NCBI GenBank assembly: GCA_963772725.1
Contig: CAVYYI010000001.1
Span: 416,001 to 480,000 of the forward strand
DNA from: an uncultured Phycisphaerales bacterium
Lineage (GTDB): Bacteria > Planctomycetota > Phycisphaerae > Sedimentisphaerales > Anaerobacaceae
Direction: 5' to 3'
DNA: 64,000 nt
In this document: positions 55,903 through 64,000 of the stretch, piece after piece
Numbering within the stretch: position 1 is the first letter of the stretch
Layout: every line of letters begins with the position of its first letter
Notes under the pieces: generated by a model
What the model saw: only the letters and a program-made list of their open reading frames with translations
The model's database searches: none
What the model was told of the DNA's origin: nothing
Translations under genes and position numbers: made by a program

Positions 55903-58348
55903 ATGAAAATATTAAACAATATATCTGTCTTGATGTTGTCCTTACTTATTGTTAACCCCATCATCGCTGCCGAGCCGAACGCTAAACCCGCGATGGATGC
56001 AATGAAAAATAACGATGAAAGCAAAATATATAATCTAAAACTGACTATTAACAGCCCGGAAACAAATATAAAACAGGGCGATGAAATTCCAATAGTTTTC
56101 ACAATCACCAATCAGGATGAATCTGCCTATTTTTATACCGGCAGAAACGGCGACCGCAGCGGTCGAATGTGGGAATATAAATTGACCGCGAAATACGAAG
56201 ACGGTTTCGCAGTACCAGACCCCCGCGAAAATTATCGAGAAGGAATGGGCGGTGGCTTGAGCTCCGGTAATGGAGAAATTAAGACTGGCCAATCGTTCAC
56301 CCAAACAATACCCTTGAACAGATGGGCACGCATAAATAAGCCAGGCCGATATACCGTAACCGGAATTTATCATTATTCAGTCTTAGACCCCAACGTGGTT
56401 CAAAAGCCCGGTATAAGATATATGAAAGATGTCCCTGTCGCTTCCGAACCTATCGAAATTACTATTGAACCTCGCAGCCCATCGCAGATGGGGCAATATA
56501 TCCACTCGCTTTCCAAAGAGCTTAAAGATATCAAACCTTCAAATTCAGCGGAAGAAGAAAGAGCACAAGAGCAAAAAGAAGACATCATGTTAAAATTAAT
56601 GTACACATGCGATAAGAGGATTGTTCCTGTGTTAATTGACCAAATGTACGATGAAGACAGCTCTTTTTGGGTAAGCGAAGCCTTTCAATGTTATTTGCCG
56701 TCTGACCCGGAAATCAAAAACGCTGTTCTTGAGGTAATGAAAAAGAAAGGACTGCCTCGGCTTTCGGACCAGTCACTTTTACATATCGGTCTTACAGATT
56801 CCGAATTCAAAGAACTTATTTTGCTGTCGCTGAAATCAAAAAACCGAGATATTTTAGTCTCTGGTGCTTTAGCGGCACAGGAGCACCACGATGATTCCCT
56901 TATACCCCTATTGGTCGCAATCGCACAAGATATTAACAGCCCGGCTCGCCCACAGGCAATTTGTGAACTTGCCAATAGCCCCGATGAACTAAGTCTCAGG
57001 ACACTTAACCTTTTACTAAAAGACAAGGATAGAGATACTCGTAATACCGCGTTACGTGCCATAGAAGGCTTGAAGCCCGCTGGTTGGGATAAGTGGGGCC
57101 AGGAGGTTTCAGGATTGCAATGCAGACTGCGACCATATAGATATACGTGGAATTTTGGGAAAAAACCAGTTTTTGGATTAGAACTGAGAAATAATGGTGA
57201 AACAGAATTTAATCTTGTCCCTGTAACACAAGAGAATTGCGAGATTGAAATTGATGGTCAATGGTATGGCTGGAAATCACCGCCGTTAACTGAATTTGAA
57301 AAAACTCTTAAACCAAAAAGCGAACTTTATGTCACTATTATGATTAAACCGGCAGATTCGCCGGCATTTCCAATAGAAAATCTTGAATTGAAAAGAAAGA
57401 CTAGTTCAATCTCATCTCAAGGCAAACCTTTGGAATTCCCGCTCGGCAAACACACCATCAGAGTCCGTTACCGCCCAAATGATTGGCTTGATTCCAACCA
57501 ATCAGTACTTAGCAATCCCGTCGAAATCAATATCTTGCCAAAACCCCCCGCCTTTCCAGATGAAACTCTAAATAGAGCCTTTGACATAGGCTGTTCGATA
57601 GTGATTGTAAAAATACTTTCCATTCAGCCGGAAGAAAAAAATGGCCATATCAATTTTTATCGCCGTAAAGCCGAGATTGTTCAACCGGTTATTCTTGGCG
57701 ACCTGACTGAGCAGGATATAAAAGGGTACTTAGACATGTCTTGGGTTGCTCGTGATGGGAATGATTTTAAAATAGGTTCACAATACGCTATTTTCATTAA
57801 CAAAAAGGCGCCTGGCTATATTGACTGGGTTTTCAGAGATGATATTATCAAGTTGAATCCAGATGATGAAAAAGAAGTAGATAGTTTTGTCCGATCTGTA
57901 ATTCGTGCTTATGAAAACGCAGTTTCGCGATGAGATGTTCTCATCAGGATACCCGCGACTGCCCTATTTGCCAGATTCAATATTTGGCCTGTGTGAAAAA
58001 TTCAGAAAAAATCCCGGCAATAACGCCGCGACAGCCAGACTCATTTGCGCCTCAGATATAGGCTCCCAAATCAAAAAGTCCGACCATCCCATTATAAGCG
58101 TCAGCTCGGTTATGCCTCTCCCAGAGTATTTGCCCCCAAAGCAAATCTTAACCCGAGAACAAATTTTCGTTCTCCTCGGCCAGCCACAGTTAAAATCAGC
58201 CTGGACATATCACTGGTATTGCGGCGAAGATAAAAACCTCTATAACCGTGTCGGCATCCTCTCAGTAACCTTCGACCAGCAGGAAAATACAAAATGCGTA
58301 TCTTATAATACTAAACCCCCATCAGACTGGTCAAAATTCGCTAAATAA
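55903..58348 (+). CDS. Large secreted modular hypothetical protein; probably one gene frameshifted near 57925
   Basis: Signal peptide, two Ig-like modules ending SEPIEITI and SNPVEINI, HEAT-like segment; overlapping ORF 57905-58348 continues it. Confidence 0.6.
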
Positions 58349-58573
58349 CCTCTTAAATCCGGTTATCCCCTAAAAAAAATCTGTTCATCTGTAATACTAT
58401 CTTCAAGTTTTTCTTATAATTAGCAGTGTTAATCGGTGTAAATCCGTGTCTAAAAATAACTGCGTTAATCCGTGTCTAATTTTGGTTGTGGCTACGCTAC
58501 GCCATGTTAATCTGCGGATAATTTCTTGAAAATTCCATTTCATTATCTCACAAAAACCTGTATCTTATCTCCA

Positions 58574-59277
58574 ATGACAGAACAAAATAAAAATATCGAA
58601 ATCGGCAAAATGTTCGACCGTATCTCGCCGCGATACGACCTTCTCAACAGAGTCTTATCGCTCGGCCTTGACTCCTTATGGCGCCGAAAATTAGCATTAC
58701 AGTTGCCGAATCGGAAGAACTTACAAATCCTCAACATCGCCACCGGCACAGCCGACCTTCTGTTATCAATGTTCGAAAAAAATAACGCCTCAACCGCCAT
58801 CGGCTTGGATATTTCCGAAAAAATGTTAGCGATAGCCGATAAGAAAATCGCCGCCCACAACCTCCAAAACAGCATCACCCTAAAACTCGGAGACGCCGCT
58901 AAACTGCCCTTTGCCGACGGCACCTTTGACGTCGTAACAACCGCCTTTGGCATCAGAAACGTTCCTGATACGGCAGGGGGCTCAAAGAAATGCTCCGCGT
59001 CTTAAAACCCGCAGGAAAAGTTCTTATCCTCGAATTTTCATTGCCCCAAAACCCGGTAATAAGAAAATGTTGCTTGCTTTATTTAAGGAACATTGTTCCA
59101 CTTGTCGGCAAGCTCATTTCCGGCGATTATGACGCCTACCGCTACCTTAATCGAACTATCGAAGCCTTTCCCTCCGGCAGCGACTTTTGCCGGTTAATGC
59201 AAACCGCAGGCTTTATAAACCCAATTGCCACCCCTTTAACCAGCGGCATCGTCTCTCTATACACAGCCAATAAATGA
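58574..59277 (+). CDS. ubiE: UbiE/MenG methyltransferase; frameshift near 58980
   Basis: MFDRISPRYDLLN, ATGTAD, AFGIRNV; RVLKP.G..ILEFS and YRYL in the next frame. Confidence 0.9.
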
Positions 59278-59428
59278 GAAATAATTGTTACAGTTGACAT
59301 ATTAGATTAAAGGCGGTGGTTGAAAATAAACTCCTTTTTTCTTTTGATTACGGCAAATTATTCTTCTAAAATGACTTTCCTTAAAAAGCGTATTTTTTCT
59401 AACAAAATTTCGAAGGAAAGGGACAGAT

Positions 59429-60600
59429 ATGGAATTCAACAGAAAATTAAGAATGGGTATGGTCGGCGGGGGACCTGGCGCTTTTATTGGTGATGTACAC
59501 CGCAAGGCCGCGCGTATGGATGGAGGTATCGAACTTGTCGCCGGCGCTTTTGATATCAATCCTGAAAAGTCTCTGCAGATGGGTCAGCAGCTTTGCCTTG
59601 ACCCGCGCAGAATTTATAGAACTTATCAGGAAATGATTAAAGGCGAATTAGACCTTCCCGAAAACCAGAGAATTGATTTTGTCTCCATCACAACGCCCAA
59701 TAACTGGCATTTTCCAATCGCCAAAGATTTTCTCAAGGCAGGTTTTCACATTATGTGTGAAAAGCCTATGACGTTCAACGTCAAAGAGGCCAAAGACCTG
59801 CAGAAAATTGTAAAAAAATCCGGCAAAGTGTTCGGCCTTATGCACAACTATGTTGGCTACCCGATGGTTAAACTGGCACGCGACATGGTTCGCCAGGGCG
59901 ACCTCGGCAATATCCGCAAGATTGTTGTCCAGTATCCACAGGGCTGGCTTGCTACACCTCTTGAAAAAACAGGTAACCAGCAGGCATCCTGGCGCACTGA
60001 CCCCAAGCAAAGCGGCGGCGCCGGCTGCATGGGGGACATCGGCACACACGCTGAAAACCTTTCCGAATATATCACCGGCCTGAAAATTGTCGAAATCTGC
60101 GCCGACCTGACAATTTTTGTGCCGGGACGCAAACTCGATGACGATGGCAACTGCCTGCTCCGTTTCAATAACGGCGCAAGAGGAATTCTCCACGCCAGCC
60201 AGATTTCCATTGGCGAAGAAAACGGTTTGGCCATCTGGGTCTATGGTGAAAAAGCCAGCCTCGAATGGCATCAGGAACACCCCAATTATCTCTATGTCAA
60301 AGTACCGGATGGCCCCGTCCAGGTCTGGAGACGCGGTAACGGCTATATAGGCGCGAAAGCGCAGCCGCCGCACGCGCCACAAGACTGCCTTCCGGACACC
60401 CCGAAGCTTTTTTTGAGGCCTTCGCGAATAATTACTGTAATTTCGCCGACACCGTCCGTGCTGCGATACTCGGCGTAAAACCAGATGAACTGGCGCTCGA
60501 TTTCCCCGGTGTTGACGACGGCCTGCGAGGAATGCTCTTTATAGACAGTGTGCTGGCAAGCAATAAAAACAAACAAAAATGGACCAAAATGAAGAAATAA
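59429..60600 (+). CDS. Cytoplasmic Gfo/Idh/MocA oxidoreductase; frameshift near 60365
   Basis: GMVGGG.GAFIG.VH, CEKP, DIGTHA; RLPSGHPE and FPGVDDG.RGM in the next frame. Confidence 0.9.
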
Positions 60601-60621
60601 CCATTAGAAGGAGAACATAAA

Positions 60622-61613
60622 ATGGCAAGACCTGTAACACTTTTCACCGGACAATGGGCGGATTTGCCGCTCGAAGTTTTGGCTAAAAAAATGGCTGGCT
60701 TCGGATATGAGGGACTTGAACTGGCCTGCTGGGGAGACCATCTTGATGTGGATAAGGCCGCCGCGGATAAAAAATACTGCGAAAAACAGTTGGCCATCCT
60801 TCAAAAAAATAATCTTAAAGTTTTCGCGATAAGCTGCCATCTCGCCGGCCAGCTTGTCTGCGACCTTAATAACGACTCGCGTTCCGACGGCTTTGCTCCC
60901 GCCGATTGTGCCGGTGACGCGGAAAAGAAACGCAAATGGGCTGTCAAAACTATGAAGAACTGCGCAAGGCTGCCAAAAATCTCGGCGTCAAAGTCGTCAA
61001 CGGTTTTACCGGCTCATCGATATGGCACCTTCTTTACAGTTTCCCCCCCGTAAGCGATAAAATGATTGACGATGGCTTTGAATACTTCGCCAAAATGTGG
61101 AACCCAATCCTCGATGTATTTGATGAATGCGGCGTAAAATTCGCACTTGAGGTCCATCCCACGGAAATAGCCTTCGACATTATTACCGCCAAACGCGCCT
61201 TGCAGGCAATCGGCAATCGCAAGACTTTCGGCTTCAATTTCGACCCAAGTCATCTTTTCTGGCAGATGGTCAATCCCGTATGTTTCCTCAACGAATTTCC
61301 AGACCGTATCTTCCACGTCCACATGAAGGACGCCGCCTTGCAATTGGACGGCAGAACAGGCATTCTCGCCTCGCACCTCAATTTCGGTAAGGCTGGTCGC
61401 GGCTGGGATTTCCGCTCCCTCGGTCATGGCGGCGTAAATTTCGAGGAGATAATCAGGACTTTTAACCGGATAGGTTACAACGGGCCTTTATCTGTCGAAT
61501 GGGAAGATTGCGGTATGGACCGCGAACATGGTGCAAAGGAAGCCCTGGAATTTGTAAAAAGGGTGGATTTCAAGCCCTCGACGGTTGCTTTCGACGCCGC
61601 TTTCGATAAATAG
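60622..61613 (+). CDS. Sugar phosphate isomerase/epimerase (xylose-isomerase-like TIM barrel); frameshift near 60960
   Basis: LFTGQWAD, ELACWGDH, EVHPTE, FDPSH, HVHMKD, EWED. Confidence 0.9.
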
Positions 61614-61771
61614 CCATAACTTTTATTTGAAATTGTCGAAAAAGTACTTGTCTTAAAGACAAAAACAAATATAATACAGGTCTTTTGCGCCAAAAGCTGT
61701 TGTTGCGGCAGTTAAAATGCCCGTGGCTGGCACTGTATTAAAATTTGTATTGGATAATAGGAGTTACGTCT

Positions 61772-62139
61772 GTGAAAACTGAAATTCTCGAATCCGTTGA
61801 GAGTAAATGCCTAAAGAAGGACATACCTCATTTTGAAGTAGGCGATACCGTTGATGTTCATTGCAAAATCAAGGAAGGCGACAAGGAACGTATCCAGGTA
61901 TTCAGCGGAATTGTAATTTCCCGCAAAGGCCACGGGATGAACGAATTCTTTACGGTCCGGCGGGTTGTGGATAACGAGGGCGTCGAGAGAATCTTCCCAA
62001 TGCATTCACCGAATATAGCTTCTATTAAGCCCGTCAGGAGCGGTAGAAGAAGAGCGCCAAGCTGTACTATCTGCGTGAACGCACAGGCAAGGCCGTCAAA
62101 CTCGCTCAGCGCCACAGCAAACACACCGCCATAAATTAA
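61772..62139 (+). CDS. rplS: 50S ribosomal protein L19; frameshift near 62050
   Basis: GDTVDVH.KIKEGDKERIQVF.G, GVERIFP.HSP; AKLYYLR in the next frame; GTG start with SD aggag. Confidence 0.95.
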
Positions 62140-62148
62140 TTTCAGGGA

Positions 62149-62556
62149 TTGGAATTGCTCGATTGGTTATTTTACAGGCGTAGCAGGCTCCTGACCAATC
62201 ACGAACTGCTCGGTGTCTGGGGCGAAAAAAAGTCCGAAAGGTTTCTGAAACAAAAAGGATTCAGACTCCTTACGCGGAATTTCCGCTGCAAAACAGGCGA
62301 GATTGACCTGATTTTCGTTGATACAGAGGGGGCTTTAGTGTTTGTAGAAGTAAAAACCCGTGCCGATGAGGATTTTGAGACCGCCGAATCCGCCGTTACA
62401 CAGGCCAAAAGAACCCGAATGTCCAAGGCCGCCCGTTACTTCCTTTCGACAAACAATATAAAGGATAGACCCTCTCGTTTCGATGTCGTTACCGTCGTGC
62501 TTGGCAAAACCGGCCCAGCACAAATAACCCATTACCAGAATGCGTTTTTCCCGTGA
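62149..62556 (+). CDS. yraN: YraN family (UPF0102) nuclease-like protein
   Basis: G.WGE, GEIDLI, FVEVKTR, RFDVV, NAF. Confidence 0.9.
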   Translation: MELLDWLFYRRSRLLTNHELLGVWGEKKSERFLKQKGFRLLTRNFRCKTGEIDLIFVDTEGALVFVEVKTRADEDFETAESAVTQAKRTRMSKAARYFLSTNNIKDRPSRFDVVTVVLGKTGPAQITHYQNAFFP

Positions 62557-63350
62557 ATATAATGGAATTAATTGATACTCATTGCCATTTGACTTTTGAT
62601 GAGCTTGCCTCTGACTCTGCCGGAGTTGTCGCTCGAAGCGAAGCTGTCGGTGTTACAGGCTGGATAACCATCGGAACCGATACTGTCCAGAACCAAAAAG
62701 CCGTCGAATTGGCCGGAAGATTCAAAAATATGTTCGCCACCGTCGGTATCCATCCTCATTACGCAAAGGACGTAACTCCAGATACTCTCCCGCAGTTGCG
62801 GACCCTCGCCGAAAATGAAAAAGTTGTCGCCATTGGTGAGGCTGGCCTCGACTTCCATTACAATTTTTCCAAATGGCAGGACCAGATGAGACTTTTCGCT
62901 GCCCAGCTAAAAATCGCTCACGAGCTAAACCTGCCCGTAGTCGTTCATTGCCGAGAAGCCTTTGACGACACTATCGACATTCTCGAACAGTATGGCGCCG
63001 GCGTAAAAGGCGTAGCCTTCCATTGTTTTAGCGGCACCCCCGAACAGGCCAAAATCGTTCTCGACAGAGGCTATTACATATCCTTTACCGGCGTAGTTAC
63101 CTTCAAAAGTGCCGACACCGCAAGAGAGGTCGCTAAAATGGTTCCCATGGACAGATTAATGATAGAAACCGATTGCCCCTATATGTCCCCTGACCCGATG
63201 CGAAAACAGAAAATTAATGAGCCTGCCCTTATGATTCACACCGCCAAACGCATCGCCGAACTAAAACAAATAGATTTATCCGATTTCGCCAAAGCTGTTA
63301 CCGCAACCAGCAGAACCTTCTTCGCCTTACCCGACCCCTCGAAAATCTAA
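62553..63350 (+). CDS. tatD: TatD-family hydrolase
   Basis: DTHCH, GIHPH, GEAGLDFH, HCR, HCF, ETDCPY. Confidence 0.93.
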   Translation: MNIMELIDTHCHLTFDELASDSAGVVARSEAVGVTGWITIGTDTVQNQKAVELAGRFKNMFATVGIHPHYAKDVTPDTLPQLRTLAENEKVVAIGEAGLDFHYNFSKWQDQMRLFAAQLKIAHELNLPVVVHCREAFDDTIDILEQYGAGVKGVAFHCFSGTPEQAKIVLDRGYYISFTGVVTFKSADTAREVAKMVPMDRLMIETDCPYMSPDPMRKQKINEPALMIHTAKRIAELKQIDLSDFAKAVTATSRTFFALPDPSKI

Positions 63351-63460
63351 CTCCATCAACCCTAAATTATCCTTTACCCGCCACAAAAAAATGAGATAAT
63401 ATCTTCCGGTCATCTTGAAAAAATTGGTTCTAATGTCTCTGATGATTTGGAGTAAACATT

Positions 63461-63832
63461 ATGGTAGAATCCCCAAAAAAAGTTTGGACTGTTCGGTTGC
63501 TTGCATTATTGGTAATGTCATTTGGTTTTTCACTTCTTATATGTCTGACTCCTGGAAATAAACAAATTTTCAAAAAAAGGGTTGAGATAAAAGCTAATGA
63601 TAATGTAGGCGAAATCGTTGCTGCTGTTGAAAAACTTGGTAGAAATGATATCAATGTAAAAACTATAGATGAATCGTGGTTTGAACGAAAACCAAAACTT
63701 CTCTGGACAACCGCGGGCTTGTTTATTTCAATTGGCTTTTTTTTAGGAATCTACTATATAATCTATTGCATCATAAACAGTCTATTAAGTCGCAAAGAAA
63801 GAAACGATGATAATTTATTAAAACCTGTCTGA
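63461..63832 (+). CDS. Small two-TM hypothetical protein
   Basis: SD ggag, two hydrophobic segments, AT-rich. Confidence 0.6.
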   Translation: MVESPKKVWTVRLLALLVMSFGFSLLICLTPGNKQIFKKRVEIKANDNVGEIVAAVEKLGRNDINVKTIDESWFERKPKLLWTTAGLFISIGFFLGIYYIIYCIINSLLSRKERNDDNLLKPV

Positions 63833-63942
63833 CAAATCAGTTACGTAGGGCAGGATTCACTCGCCATCGGTTGGCTGATTTTTCTATAACTATCCCAAAT
63901 TATCCTTTACCCGCCGACAAAAATGGTGATAATACCTCTTTG

Positions 63943-63993
63943 TATATTGTTCTTGATTGAAAAATACGGAATTTTTCAATCAAGAACAGTATA
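63943..63993. mobile_element. 51-bp palindromic mini-element related to the IS630 left end
   Basis: Minus strand TATACTGTTCTTGATTGAAAAATTCCGTATTTTTCAATCAAGAACAATATA vs IS630 end TATACTACTCTTGATTGAAAAATTCCGTATTTTTCAATCAAAAAG. Confidence 0.75.
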
Positions 63994-64000
63994 ACTGGTA

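Noticed and set aside
58481..58507. ttttggttgtggctacgctacgccatg as a degenerate IS or MITE end
   Set aside because: Single copy with no partner end in the window; cannot be supported.
59648..60382. Long antisense ORFs over conserved genes (also 1844-2539, 42562-43209, 34708-35304)
   Set aside because: Shadow frames of well-supported genes on the opposite strand.
61680..61745. Ribosomal-protein leader upstream of rplS
   Set aside because: Only weak short stems; needs comparative data.

Overview
Bacterial chromosomal window, most likely from a planctomycete of the Phycisphaerae/Sedimentisphaerales type (PVC 'small basic protein', dockerin-like C-terminus, Tat-exported Gfo/Idh/MocA enzymes). 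Many single-base frameshifts in essential or conserved genes (gyrA, rplS, phoR, icd, ubiE) point to long-read consensus errors. Core content: gyrA, holA, RluA, tRNA-Asn, ligA, ribD, rpmB, gatCAB, a Pho region (phoB, phoR, porin, two Pst operons), an LPS/heptose operon (lpxK, hldE, gmhA, gmhB, WaaP-like kinase, GT4, plsY), icd, ubiE/menG, rplS, yraN, tatD. Accessory content: four IS families clustered in a sugar-oxidoreductase locus, and a heptaheme cytochrome/cytochrome b/ApbE cluster. Most interesting: (1) a GxxExxY-nuclease plus HEPN-like cassette between gatA and gatB, bounded by a perfect 18-bp inverted repeat, with an 'empty' copy in the LPS operon and related arms at other gene junctions; (2) an RCC1-repeat surface protein carrying two inserted pilin-head-like domains; (3) a pair of PstB ATPases with complementary degenerate motifs; (4) an in-frame palindromic element inside a GT-C gene; (5) a 51-bp palindromic mini-element matching the IS630 left end. 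All family calls come from motif recognition; no searches were run.
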